64,000 bases of DNA from an uncultured Candidatus Saccharibacteria bacterium (lineage in GTDB: Bacteria; Patescibacteriota; Minisyncoccia; Phycocordibacterales; UBA2100): assembly GCA_964633425.1 (NCBI GenBank), contig CAZWFX010000001.1, positions 9,644-73,643 on the forward strand, written 5' to 3'. Of the stretch, positions 44,351 to 53,819 are shown one piece after another. Numbering within the stretch: position 1 is the first letter of the stretch; each line of letters begins with the position of its first letter. Position numbers and translations under genes: made by a program. Under the pieces are notes generated by a model, which saw only the letters and a program-made list of their open reading frames with translations, was not told where the DNA came from and made no database searches.

Positions 44351-44563
44351 TTACCCGGTTGGTCCAGACCCCGCAAATTTTGCGCGTAGGAGATTAATGA
44401 CCTGTTGTAAAGATTGTAGTTGTTGCTGTAGGGACCCCACCAGTGCAGACAAATGAGCAATCTGAGTCTGCTGCTCAAAAACCATGGTTGTCGTGGCCTT
44501 TAGTGCTTCTTCTACGGCGGCTGTATTTTTGGCGGAGATAAGCCGCTTGTTCTCTTCAGTCAT
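44351..44563 (-). CDS. hypothetical coiled-coil protein (70 aa)
   Basis: ORF with a Q/L-rich heptad-like sequence. Confidence 0.5.
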   Translation of the reverse strand: MTEENKRLISAKNTAAVEEALKATTTMVFEQQTQIAHLSALVGSLQQQLQSLQQVINLLRAKFAGSGPTG

Positions 44564-44711
44564 TTGGAGGGTCCTTGGGTGGAGGAATTACGATGTCGCT
44601 TGAGCCAAGGCCAAAACGCAGTTTAATCGGGCGGCCAACTTCCCTGTCACATTCTGGGCAATCAAGGACCGGAGCTTCAGATGGTTCGTGGTGTTTTGGG
44701 TGGTCATACAT
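44556..44711 (-). CDS. small protein (51 aa) with CPEC half-site, below the ORF-track cutoff
   Basis: Own translation MYDHPKHHEPSEAPVLDCPECDREVGRPIKLRFGLGSSDIVIPPPKDPPND. The ATG lies 2 nt after the upstream stop, and the ORF overlaps the next ATG by 8 nt. It fills an otherwise empty 150-nt gap. Confidence 0.45.
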   Translation of the reverse strand: MYDHPKHHEPSEAPVLDCPECDREVGRPIKLRFGLGSSDIVIPPPKDPPND

Positions 44712-44713
44712 TA

Positions 44714-47700
44714 TTAAGCATCCGGGATTAAGAAGACGGTCTGGCTGAGGCCGGTGGAACCAATCGTACCACTTACAAGTGAAGTTTTGTAGTAGGTTGC
44801 AGAGGTTCCTTTCCGCACCTTGATTAGGACTGGCTGCGATGCGGTGTACTCAAATGTTGAGGTGCTTGCTACCCCAGAACCGTCTGTGGTGCCTTTTAGG
44901 ATTTGGGCGGTGGAGGTGATGGTTCCGGTCGCGGGTGTTGCCGGCGAGTTAGCGACAGTAAACGTATAACTGTTGGCATCTACGACGGTAATGCGCTTTG
45001 AGCCGTTGTAGTCCTGCTGGTCAGCTCCACGGATCACAACGTCCGTGTTGGTTGGTAGGCCGTGCGCTGTGTGGCTAACAGTCGCGGTTGTTCCTGACCT
45101 GGTTATGGTCACGCTGGCAAGAGCAGGAAGCGCGCCTCCTGAAGTAGCTTCCACTTGAACCATAGCGCCAGACACAGCTGCCAGGGTGTTGGCATTTTTG
45201 GCCGTAATGGTCACCGTAACCGGGTTTAGGGTGTGCTGGTATGCCCTGGATGCAGTCGTTGACGTGGTGTAGAGCCAGAATCCGGTCAGGGTCTGGGTTA
45301 CGGTAACAGCGGTCTTGAACCGCACCTTGAGCTTAAACCCAAGCTGGGCGTCCACTGTCTCTGACGGAAGTTGGTTAAAGCGCAGGGTTCCAGAAACCGT
45401 TCCTACGTTGGCGTTGTCCACGACTACCGTGGTGCCGTTTGTAATTGACGTTACCTTGGCATTTGGAGCTATGTTGGTACCCCAAACGTAATCTCCGACA
45501 GCCACGCCGGTCGTGTCGGTCATGGTTACGTTTGTCGAGCTTGAACTGCCGCCTCCACCGGTACGTTCATAGTATAGGTTCTTGTACGAAGAATACCCAT
45601 TACCATCGTTCTTGTCTATCGCATAAGACATGGTGAATGACGAAATGTTCACACCACCTGCGAAAAACTGGGCTTCTTGGATCGGGAAACTGGTGTGCCC
45701 AACGATATACGACGGAGTCTCGAAGGTCATTTGGTTACCAACCGTCGGCATGTACAATTCGCCGGTGTTGGTCAAAAACCCAGTTCCGCTGTCGTAGACA
45801 TACGGCGTAACTGTGGAGGACCCTTCATTGAAGGTAATCCCGATACGACTGTTACACGGAACGTAGGTAAGCGTACCGGATGCGGAACCTGCGTTTAGAC
45901 AGGTAAACGTAAATGTGTTGTTGGTCAGTACAGTGATGGACTTGGAGCCAAGCACAATGGCCGCAGAGTCGCTGGTAACCGTAACAACGATCACGTCTCC
46001 GGTCTTTAGACCGTGGCTGTTGCTTGTAAGGGTCGCGGTGGTGGTGGTTCTGCTCCAGCTCTGTGCCGACAAGTTGGCTGGAGCAGAGGTCGTATGCAGG
46101 TCAATCCAACTGGTGCCATACGTGTTGGCCTGGTTGGTTACTGCCGTGGCTGACGTAATGTTGTTCAACACCGCGTTGTCGTACAAGACGGCTGGTGTTG
46201 TATCGACAATCGAAGACTTCACCTCTTGCCAAGTGATGTTGTCGAGTACCGATGCGCCGCTGTTAGCCACGATGTTTGTGCGGACATGGTCCGTGTAAAC
46301 ACGGCGCATTGTAAGGTTTCGCATACCACTCTGGACTTCGTATAAGTACCCTGAAACACGAGGGAAATACGACAGGGTGCCCGAGGTAGCCCCAGAGTTC
46401 GTGCAGGTAAACGTGAAAGTGTCTGCTGTAGGGGCGCTCGCAACCGTCTTGGACCCTACTGGGACGGGCGTCGTCGCTGATGAAATAACCACATACACGT
46501 TGTCGTTGGCCTTTAGGCCGTGTGCTGTCTTGGTAACGGTACAGGTCGTAGTTACACGAGACCACGACACGTCGTCCTGGCGAGCAGCTCCAAGGCTCAG
46601 CGGAGAAGCGGCTGTCCCGATGTTCTTAATAGTTACGCCGTCGGCCACCAGAGCGCCGAAACTGATTAGACCTGTGTAGGGCTGGACCATCGTCAAGCCA
46701 CCAAAGTCAAATCCATCCCAGGTAAGATCTCGGCCTACTGAGGTGATCGAAAAGGCCGGTACCGCGTTGGTGGTTGCTGTGGTGGTTGCCGGATGGTCAA
46801 AATACGTGGTGTTTTTGAACGTTAGACCTGTGCAGCCAGACAGTGTGTTGGGACCGTTAGACAGCGTCGTCGTATTCCATGTGGAATCCAGAACGCGAGT
46901 CGCTGATATTACGTTGATGTTGGTGGCGGACCTGGCGGCCAAACCAAGAAACTTAGTTCTGGTAAAGGTCCAGTTTGCCATGTCGGTCAGGGCTGCGAGA
47001 GTAGCTCCGGCTGCCATGGTCGCTCTGGTGAACCAGCAATCTGTCATTGTCCCGCCAGAGTGGGCGTTCGTAATCGTAAGTGCCGTCTGTGCGTTGGCGG
47101 CCTCTTGACCAATCCCGACGTTTGAAAACACCGGAGGCTCGGTGGTGTTGGTCAGCGAAATCGCGGTCATAAACGCGGAATTGCTAACGTTTACGTGGTA
47201 TGGGTTGAGAAGCCGAAAGTACCAGTTCATCAGGCACTTGTCGATGTTCCAGGTGCCGGCTGCGTTGGCGTAGGTCGTGTATCGGGTGGTCAGGGTCGCG
47301 TTTGGCAGTACGTTTGCTGTCTTGGCGGCTGACGTGCAGCACACAAACATGATATTCGGAATACGGATTTTTAGTCCAGTCGGAGGGATGTAGGCCCCCG
47401 TAGAGTTTGTTCCGTCGTTACCGAAGGTTAACAGTCCAGCTGTTGAAATCCAGCAATACTTGCCGCGCACTGCGTCGGTGGCAATGTTGGCGGAGGTGGC
47501 GGTTCGGGTTCCAGCGCATGGATAGAACTCATAAGTACCTGAGCTGGCTGCTGTTTCCACCCAGACTCCGGGTAGATACACCAACGAACCGTTAGAGGGT
47601 ATCTGGTACGTTGTGGCTCGAACACCATCTGTGGTGCCGACGACGTACCAATCACCCGTGACCTTAAACTGGTTAAGGCGGTAAATAGTGGTGGCGTTGC

Positions 47701-48175
47701 TATCGACCCCAACAATTTCCAGCCAGCCAGCTACGTCTGCTCCGGTGGCATTGGCGCCGATTCCACTAAGGGCTCCAGATGAATACGCGACGCCGTTCCA
47801 CTGCTTAATTTTGATGTAGCCAGACGCCGGCATGGCGGCAGCCGGCGCTGTAGGAGCTACGTTTAAGGCTGAGTAAACGCCAATTAGCAGGCCGCTGGCA
47901 GATCCTTTGGTAATGGACGTATTGTACGCCGGAACGTTTCCGGTCCCGGTATCAAACGGGATTAAGCGGACAGCGGTACCCTTGAACTCGATGGTACCGC
48001 CCAAGGTTGACGATCCGGTTATAGGCCCAAAGGCCGCCGAAGTATTGGCATTTTGACCGTACCGAGTGTCTTGGTCTACGGTCAAATATCCACCGTTCAG
48101 GTTGTAGGTGTCACCTCCAGCCTTGGAGGTAAGCTCATCAATATTTTGGGAGGTGGTGATTGTGAATGTAGCCAT
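44714..48175 (-). CDS. large tail fibre / side-fibre protein (probable)
   Basis: 1153-aa ORF, extremely T/S/G/A/V/N-rich (beta-structure-like), located in the fibre block. Confidence 0.6.
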   Translation of the reverse strand: MATFTITTSQNIDELTSKAGGDTYNLNGGYLTVDQDTRYGQNANTSAAFGPITGSSTLGGTIEFKGTAVRLIPFDTGTGNVPAYNTSITKGSASGLLIGVYSALNVAPTAPAAAMPASGYIKIKQWNGVAYSSGALSGIGANATGADVAGWLEIVGVDSNATTIYRLNQFKVTGDWYVVGTTDGVRATTYQIPSNGSLVYLPGVWVETAASSGTYEFYPCAGTRTATSANIATDAVRGKYCWISTAGLLTFGNDGTNSTGAYIPPTGLKIRIPNIMFVCCTSAAKTANVLPNATLTTRYTTYANAAGTWNIDKCLMNWYFRLLNPYHVNVSNSAFMTAISLTNTTEPPVFSNVGIGQEAANAQTALTITNAHSGGTMTDCWFTRATMAAGATLAALTDMANWTFTRTKFLGLAARSATNINVISATRVLDSTWNTTTLSNGPNTLSGCTGLTFKNTTYFDHPATTTATTNAVPAFSITSVGRDLTWDGFDFGGLTMVQPYTGLISFGALVADGVTIKNIGTAASPLSLGAARQDDVSWSRVTTTCTVTKTAHGLKANDNVYVVISSATTPVPVGSKTVASAPTADTFTFTCTNSGATSGTLSYFPRVSGYLYEVQSGMRNLTMRRVYTDHVRTNIVANSGASVLDNITWQEVKSSIVDTTPAVLYDNAVLNNITSATAVTNQANTYGTSWIDLHTTSAPANLSAQSWSRTTTTATLTSNSHGLKTGDVIVVTVTSDSAAIVLGSKSITVLTNNTFTFTCLNAGSASGTLTYVPCNSRIGITFNEGSSTVTPYVYDSGTGFLTNTGELYMPTVGNQMTFETPSYIVGHTSFPIQEAQFFAGGVNISSFTMSYAIDKNDGNGYSSYKNLYYERTGGGGSSSSTNVTMTDTTGVAVGDYVWGTNIAPNAKVTSITNGTTVVVDNANVGTVSGTLRFNQLPSETVDAQLGFKLKVRFKTAVTVTQTLTGFWLYTTSTTASRAYQHTLNPVTVTITAKNANTLAAVSGAMVQVEATSGGALPALASVTITRSGTTATVSHTAHGLPTNTDVVIRGADQQDYNGSKRITVVDANSYTFTVANSPATPATGTITSTAQILKGTTDGSGVASTSTFEYTASQPVLIKVRKGTSATYYKTSLVSGTIGSTGLSQTVFLIPDA

Positions 48176-48262
48176 ACTACACCATCACCATGGTTGATTT
48201 GGTTAGTCTGGAGTTTGTTCCATGAAAGACCATTCTGTCGCCATCTATCCTATAGCCTATTT

Positions 48263-50377
48263 TTAAGCGTCTGACGTACGGATAACAGTCGTAGAACCAC
48301 CAGCCGAAGAAAGAGTCGCTGTAGACTCGAAAGTCTTGATGGGAGTCACGCCGCCATCGCGCACTCGGACGTAGAGGTTTCGAGGAGAGCTGTAGATAAC
48401 CGTGAAGCTCTCGCTGGTGCTAGCAGCAAGCTTGTCGATGTAACTAATATAGCAGTTATTTCCAGTAGTTGCGTTGTCGCTTGAAAAGTCCGTTGACGAA
48501 ATAGTGAACGTGCTTCCAGTGAACGATGTGTACACGATACGACTATACACACCGCTGTTGCGCTGGACCCGGATGGTTCCGCTTGAAGGCGTGTCGGTTG
48601 GAATTGTGGTATTTACAACCACCGAAGTAACCGCTGCCCCAGACAGGGTTCCGTTCAGGGTAAACTGGTTAGTTTGCAGTGAGCCACCAGACTCTGGTCC
48701 GACAAGGACTCGGTCCTCTGTAGACACCAGGCCAGCGACCGTAAACGTGACGTTGTTGGGTGGGACCCTCTGGGTGTTAGTAAGGTCAAACACCTTGTCG
48801 TTAGCGGACAAATCAGCGTATTCAATGCCTAGACCGTACGCGCCAATGATCGCAGAGCCGGTCGACTGACCGACAAACGGGAAGCTAAGAGTGCGTTCTG
48901 TAATGGTTACGTTGCACTGGCATGTGGCCGACGAGGTCCCGCCAGTAATCACCTGGTTGTCTGTTGGGGCGACTCCGGTGAGGAGCTGAATCCACATCTT
49001 GGTGGGGGCTGTCGTCGAGTTGATGGCCAGCATCTGGCCAGTTCCACCAGACCAACTAACGGCTTCAACTGCCGAGAAGGTCCCAGAAGGCGTATCCACG
49101 TCAATTTCGTGGGTGATACCACGGAAACGCTCTCCTGACAGGCCATACAATTTGGGCGAGGTATGGGCGTCAAACCAAAGGTCAGCTCCGGCAGCAGCCG
49201 ACCAAGAGCCGGCGTATGCCGCCTTGTTACCGGCATGGGTACCAGAGGCCGCCCCTTCTACCTGCACGTAGTTCGAGACATTGCCGCCGGAGTAATCTAC
49301 AGCGACGAAATAATTGGTGCTGGCTGCCATCTCGTACTGAGTGTCGAAGCCAAGTTCGATCGTCTGGTACGACGTAGTCAGTTTTGACACGTCGTACGTA
49401 ACTGAGGTGGCCAAGGCCGCTCCGGTTGGGGTGCCAGACGACCCAAACGTACCGGTGTGGGCGTATAGCTTACATGTAAGGTTTCCGGTCGGAGACCCGT
49501 TTTTCTTGAGGTGCACGTAAACGCGGGTTAGGTACGCTGCCTTTGCTCCGTTAGCAAACGACTGGCCAACAGCCGTAGTTGTACCGTCTCCAACAGGGTA
49601 GGTTGTGCCTGTGTCCGTTCCGGCTGAGATACTGGTGGCTCGACGAGACAGCCACTTCATACGCTCGTAGAATTGGTTGATGGTATAGGTGTCCCTATTC
49701 CACTCCGAGTAGTAATACTCGTTGACGGCGTTGTAGTCTACGTCGATAGCACGATACCCTTCGGTATTGGTGACCGTGTTATAGCCTGCCACGGTCGATG
49801 CCGAGGTCTGGTTGTTAAGGTCTGTCGCGTAAGTCAGCGCGATAACATTGTTGCCGCGAGTTGTTCCGTTGATTTTGAATTCTGAGTAGGTGTAGCCAAA
49901 TTCACGAGTCTGACCGATTAGGCGGCGACCGTCAACGTCCGAACCGCCAGAGCGTACCTTAAGCAGGAACCGGTGGGAGATTCCGTTTGTGCTGTCGGCG
50001 TTCAGGCCAGTCGTCCAGAAGTTTGGGGTTACGACCTTGCCGTTCTGGATGATCTGTAAATACGCACCGGCATTGGCGTACACCAGGATGCCGTCGTAAA
50101 TGGTGTCTCCGCCAGCCTGAATGATGGAGCCATCGTATAGGTGCTTGGCGGCCTCGTCGTCGATGTTGTACGGGCTGTTTAGCGTGATGATGTTATCGGT
50201 TGAACGCTCTGAGGCCGTTGCATTCGAGATGTCCAACAGATCGTCACCAGATGCCGCAGCATCGTCCATCAAGTCACCAAGCCAGCGGTGAAATGCAATT
50301 ACTGTGTAGTTAGTTCCAGAGCCAGTATACCGAATGTCTCCGGATGCAGATATAGAAAAGTCGTCTCCAATAGCCAT
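48263..50377 (-). CDS. tail fibre / structural protein (probable)
   Basis: 704-aa ORF with similar composition, behind a late-type motif. Confidence 0.55.
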   Translation of the reverse strand: MAIGDDFSISASGDIRYTGSGTNYTVIAFHRWLGDLMDDAAASGDDLLDISNATASERSTDNIITLNSPYNIDDEAAKHLYDGSIIQAGGDTIYDGILVYANAGAYLQIIQNGKVVTPNFWTTGLNADSTNGISHRFLLKVRSGGSDVDGRRLIGQTREFGYTYSEFKINGTTRGNNVIALTYATDLNNQTSASTVAGYNTVTNTEGYRAIDVDYNAVNEYYYSEWNRDTYTINQFYERMKWLSRRATSISAGTDTGTTYPVGDGTTTAVGQSFANGAKAAYLTRVYVHLKKNGSPTGNLTCKLYAHTGTFGSSGTPTGAALATSVTYDVSKLTTSYQTIELGFDTQYEMAASTNYFVAVDYSGGNVSNYVQVEGAASGTHAGNKAAYAGSWSAAAGADLWFDAHTSPKLYGLSGERFRGITHEIDVDTPSGTFSAVEAVSWSGGTGQMLAINSTTAPTKMWIQLLTGVAPTDNQVITGGTSSATCQCNVTITERTLSFPFVGQSTGSAIIGAYGLGIEYADLSANDKVFDLTNTQRVPPNNVTFTVAGLVSTEDRVLVGPESGGSLQTNQFTLNGTLSGAAVTSVVVNTTIPTDTPSSGTIRVQRNSGVYSRIVYTSFTGSTFTISSTDFSSDNATTGNNCYISYIDKLAASTSESFTVIYSSPRNLYVRVRDGGVTPIKTFESTATLSSAGGSTTVIRTSDA

Positions 50378-50397
50378 GGGTGTGGTTTAACCTTACC

Positions 50398-50409
50398 CAT
50401 AAAGATTGG
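50398..50409 (-). promoter_or_regulatory. CAATCTTTA late-type motif (CCAATCTTTATG)
   Basis: Minus strand motif about 20 nt upstream of ATG50377. Confidence 0.4.
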
Positions 50410-50411
50410 GG

Positions 50412-50816
50412 CTAGGAATTAGCTTCGTTTATAACGAACGAACTTACTGTTACGACCTGGCCGGCTGAAATGGAGGTACTGACGACAGTCATATCTCCTC
50501 CTCCGCCAGAAACCGTAATGGTTCCTTGGAGATGCGCGGTGCCGCCGGAATCATAGATGCGATAATGGCCTGCCGTCCCTGAAGCGTCGGCGGTTAAGTC
50601 TTCCCATGTTCCAGCCTTGGACTTAGATCCTCCACTGGCATCCTGCATCCAATTAGCCGGAAGGTCTAGGGAGGCCAGAACGGTGCCGGTGTCAGCAGCG
50701 GCGGTACTTGCTGGAGGAGCCCCTGTGCGAATTTTAAGCACTGGATTGGCTCCGATGGCGTCCTCAATGGCGTCAAGACGGGCGTTTCTTACTGTAACGG
50801 ATAACTGGATGGCCAT
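50412..50816 (-). CDS. hypothetical structural protein (134 aa)
   Basis: ORF MAIQLSVTVRNARLDAIE..; I recall this family vaguely as conserved in phage structural modules. Confidence 0.5.
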   Translation of the reverse strand: MAIQLSVTVRNARLDAIEDAIGANPVLKIRTGAPPASTAAADTGTVLASLDLPANWMQDASGGSKSKAGTWEDLTADASGTAGHYRIYDSGGTAHLQGTITVSGGGGDMTVVSTSISAGQVVTVSSFVINEANS

Positions 50817-50830
50817 GTCTTAGTTATAGC

Positions 50831-52339
50831 CTATTCGTCGTCGATCTCGGAAAGGACCTTGATCCCGTTTTCTTCCAGGATTTTTCGATCAACCTTAAAT
50901 CCGCCACGCCTAAAATCCACTACCGCCTCAGAGAGCATCCGAATCTCTTCTACTCGGCTCTTTTCAGGGGCTCTTTCGGTCTTTTTAAGGAGCATTTCGA
51001 ACAAATCCTTAATAGATTCAAGGGTTTGAACGTTATTTTCCTTGGTCGGACCGATTTCGGATGAAGATTCGTCTTCCGACTTGGCCACAGGGGGTTTCTT
51101 CAGCGGCAAGTTCAGGGGTTTGGCCTGTGGCTTAGGGGCTTCTGGTGGAGGCGGCAGTGGAGCAGGGGCCTCTGGCTGGCCACCATGGCTGCCGACCGAC
51201 TTAATTGGGGCAGTTCCTACCACACCTGGCTTATCTGGATGTAGAGAATGAGCCAAAACTGACGGCAGGGATGAGATTGAGTGTCCAGACTTCTGTGTTT
51301 TGGCCTCATACAGAGCCTTGTCCGCCTGTTCTGGTCCTTGTCCAATGCCGACAGACATAGAAATTTTATGAGTTCCTCCCATAAGGGGGTATTTGTCCAA
51401 AATATCCCTTAGGTGCCGAACCATTTGATGGGCATGTTCGGTGGAGGGTGCGTGGGCCTCAAATTCATCTCCACCGACCCTAAACAGTTTGATTCCGCCA
51501 GTCCTATCGGCGGCTTCTCTTAGAGCTTTCCCGTAGGCCACGATAGCGTCGTCTCCGGCCTTGTGTCCGTGGGTATCGTTGATGGACTTTAGGTTGTTGG
51601 AATCGGCTCCAATCACCACTCCGTTGGGGTTTTTGGCCAGATGTAGGTTTCTGGCTGTCTTGTTGCCGATATCCACACCAGCATCGCTCATCATTGAGTC
51701 GTGGAAATACCTCCGAGTCATATTTTTAAGGTGACGTTCGCCTTCTGGAGTTGGATTGGCGGCATGGAGTTTCCTGAAGTAGTTGATTTCGGCTTCGGGA
51801 TCGTCAGGCTCTGCCTTGGATAGAGATTTGGTAAGCTGGCTTACGTTCCCGGCGTGACGAATGGTAGCAACGCCACTTCTGATGTTTTGGATAACTAGTT
51901 TGATTTCTTCTGGATCGAGCGGGCTGCCGTCGTATAGACAGGTCCCGTCCTGGCTCGACTCCAAGACCACGTCACTATCCATCCCCGCACGATTGTAATA
52001 AAAGACGCTCTTAGATGGTAGCGACTGAGCCTCAGAAATCTGAGCTGGCGACACGTCTTGAAGGTAAAGTGGGTCTGTTAGTGGCTTTTCTGGGATAACG
52101 TCTAGGTGCTGACCTGATAAAATAGCTCCTTCGGACACCATTCTTAATGGTAGACCACATCCGTTGATGGCGGTAACTGTGGCGTCAGAAACAGGACCTT
52201 CGGGAACATGACCTAAAAGGCCATAATAGTCTTCTAACACATAGGCTTTGTTGTGGTGAATAAGGAGACGTCCGGCCAGTCTGCGACCCTCGTCTCCTTC
52301 AAGGTAAGCGATGATGATATCGTCCGGCAAATTCCACAT
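50831..52339 (-). CDS. GGDEF-domain protein (putative diguanylate cyclase) with unknown N-terminal domain and Pro-rich C-terminal tail
   Basis: aa ~235-352: VVIGADSNNLKSINDTHGHKAGDDAIVAYGKALREAA..IKLFRVGGDEFEAH...ISMSVGIG..ADKALYEAK. This is the full D-x-(L/F)K-x-IND-x-GH-x-x-GD ... GGDEF ... SxGxA ... AD-x-A-(L/M)-Y-x-AK pattern. Confidence 0.8.
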   Translation of the reverse strand: MWNLPDDIIIAYLEGDEGRRLAGRLLIHHNKAYVLEDYYGLLGHVPEGPVSDATVTAINGCGLPLRMVSEGAILSGQHLDVIPEKPLTDPLYLQDVSPAQISEAQSLPSKSVFYYNRAGMDSDVVLESSQDGTCLYDGSPLDPEEIKLVIQNIRSGVATIRHAGNVSQLTKSLSKAEPDDPEAEINYFRKLHAANPTPEGERHLKNMTRRYFHDSMMSDAGVDIGNKTARNLHLAKNPNGVVIGADSNNLKSINDTHGHKAGDDAIVAYGKALREAADRTGGIKLFRVGGDEFEAHAPSTEHAHQMVRHLRDILDKYPLMGGTHKISMSVGIGQGPEQADKALYEAKTQKSGHSISSLPSVLAHSLHPDKPGVVGTAPIKSVGSHGGQPEAPAPLPPPPEAPKPQAKPLNLPLKKPPVAKSEDESSSEIGPTKENNVQTLESIKDLFEMLLKKTERAPEKSRVEEIRMLSEAVVDFRRGGFKVDRKILEENGIKVLSEIDDE

Positions 52340-52354
52340 TCAAAACTGGTCCGT

Positions 52355-52368
52355 CCTTAAAGATTGCC
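52355..52368 (-). promoter_or_regulatory. CAATCTTTA late-type motif (GGCAATCTTTAAGG)
   Basis: Minus strand motif 16 nt upstream of ATG52339 (the GGDEF gene). Confidence 0.45.
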
Positions 52369-52392
52369 TCCAGGAGAAGCAATCTGAAGAAT

Positions 52393-52716
52393 ATGGCGAA
52401 TTTGTTGGTTTTTTCGCTGATTTTTCTCAATGCATTTGATGCAGTATCGACGCATTGGGCGGTTGGCATGAAGGGATATGCCTACGAGGCCAACCCTTTA
52501 ATGGCTTGGCTTATATCAAAGGGTTGGGGTTGGTTTTACCTGTTGAAGTTAGGACTTTTAACCCCAGGGTTACTGGTCCTCTTGTCCAAGAAGGACATCT
52601 GGACCAGGACAATGACCGTTTCGATTGGTGTTTTGGTTTTGATCTATCTGGCGGTGGCTTGGGTCCACGTAGGGCTGACCTGGAAGGCTTACAGGCTTTT
52701 AAACATAGATCTGTAG
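52393..52716 (+). CDS. small polytopic membrane protein (DUF5658-like?)
   Basis: LNAFDAVSTHWAVGMKGYAYEANPLMAWL.. plus three hydrophobic helices. It is divergent from the GGDEF gene. The family name is from memory. Confidence 0.55.
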   Translation: MANLLVFSLIFLNAFDAVSTHWAVGMKGYAYEANPLMAWLISKGWGWFYLLKLGLLTPGLLVLLSKKDIWTRTMTVSIGVLVLIYLAVAWVHVGLTWKAYRLLNIDL

Positions 52717-53093
52717 TTGTAGTCTGACTCGTATCCTTCCTTGCGCCTTTTTGCAGAAGCCAGGGCGGCCCTAATACGACGGGCGCCTACCGGGTTTTGG
52801 CTGTGGCAGCTAGCTCTAAACGGCAAATTCTCCGGGTTGGCTTCCAGCCAGCAGGCGACATCATATCCGGTTCCGGCGCTTGCTGGTCCAAGATCGTGGT
52901 CTAGGCTGACCGTTTCAATCTCGAAAGTGGAAAGGTACTTGATGGCTTCTTTTGCGGTCGCTGCGTGCAGCCAACCATTAGGCGGTGACCTTAGGTCGTC
53001 CAGCCACAGGCCGAGTGGGTTTTTGGTTGTCTTCAGGATCCACCAGTTCCTCAGGAGACGGGAAACCTTGTTGAATATGAACATCAATTCCAT
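52689..53093 (-). CDS. receiver-like 'cyclic-phosphate processing' (cREC-type) domain protein
   Basis: ..LGLWLDDLRSPPNGWLHAATAKEAIKYLSTFEIETVSLDHDLG..TGYDVACWLE...SCHSQNPVGARRI matches the WLDD..P.GW...A..A..LL....v..iSLDHDLG..G.dv..wl..HS.NP.G pattern I recall for this phage/RNA-repair-associated family. Start uncertain. Confidence 0.55.
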   Translation of the reverse strand: MELMFIFNKVSRLLRNWWILKTTKNPLGLWLDDLRSPPNGWLHAATAKEAIKYLSTFEIETVSLDHDLGPASAGTGYDVACWLEANPENLPFRASCHSQNPVGARRIRAALASAKRRKEGYESDYNYRSMFKSL

Positions 53094-53247
53094 TATCCTT
53101 TCCAATCGAAACCAGGCAGTCCACAAGGCCAAGGACGGCCCCCATGGAATCTCCCGTATCGCCAAGCGGAGCCAGGCATTCTAGACAAAATCCCTCGTCA
53201 GGCGCTTTGTCGTAGTCGAAGTCTGCCCCACAACTACCGCACTTCAC
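52978..53247 (-). CDS. small Zn-ribbon protein (89 aa)
   Basis: GTG53247 overlaps the upstream stop (GTGA). CGSCG..17 aa..CLEC. The 3' end overlaps the cREC-like ORF in another frame. Confidence 0.45.
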   Translation of the reverse strand: MKCGSCGADFDYDKAPDEGFCLECLAPLGDTGDSMGAVLGLVDCLVSIGKDNGIDVHIQQGFPSPEELVDPEDNQKPTRPVAGRPKVTA

Positions 53248-53441
53248 TTGAGTAGCTCTGTCGCAACGATCGCTGCCAGGGACAGCAAGATCACGGTCCA
53301 AACACCAGCTCTAAAAAATCCGTACATTGGCTTCCTTTCTGTTTTACAGTCGTGGCAATCAACCAAGAGGCTCTTGTCGGTAACGAAAGAGGCGTCTTGG
53401 CCGCACTTGGCCTTTCCATCTTCATCGGAGAGGTGAATCAT
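53244..53441 (-). CDS. small protein with Cys pairs and C-terminal TM helix (65 aa)
   Basis: ORF with ..KCGQD..DCHDC.. and WTVILLSLAAIVA. Confidence 0.5.
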   Translation of the reverse strand: MIHLSDEDGKAKCGQDASFVTDKSLLVDCHDCKTERKPMYGFFRAGVWTVILLSLAAIVATELLK

Positions 53442-53479
53442 GGCTTAAGGCTGACACGGAAGAGGCCGCAAGTCAAGGA

Positions 53480-53764
53480 CTAAGATCTGCAGGCCTTGCA
53501 GCGAGGTTCCAAAACCTTGCCGGAGGGTGTCACGTAAGAGGCCATTTGTCCTACGGCCCCGCACTTCTTGCAGCTAGGTGAGACCTGTGGAGGATCTACG
53601 AGGTCTGGCGGTGCGGTCATGTTGTTGTTGGCCTCGACAGTCCTAGTAAGCTCCTTTTGGAGCCTGGAGATCTGCTTTTTTAGATTCCGATTCTCTGATT
53701 TGTAGTGGGAGAGTTCTTTTCGAGGATGTTCTGACTGCTGTCGGTGCTGATCGCGTCGATGCAT
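53480..53764 (-). CDS. hypothetical basic coiled-coil/Zn-ribbon protein
   Basis: ORF trimmed to the first ATG (MHRRDQHR). C-terminal CKKCG..17 aa..CKAC. Confidence 0.5.
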   Translation of the reverse strand: MHRRDQHRQQSEHPRKELSHYKSENRNLKKQISRLQKELTRTVEANNNMTAPPDLVDPPQVSPSCKKCGAVGQMASYVTPSGKVLEPRCKACRS

Positions 53765-53819
53765 GGTTTTTGAAGGCCCTTGGGCGGTTCTTTGAACCAC
53801 CTAACAATATAGATTACCT

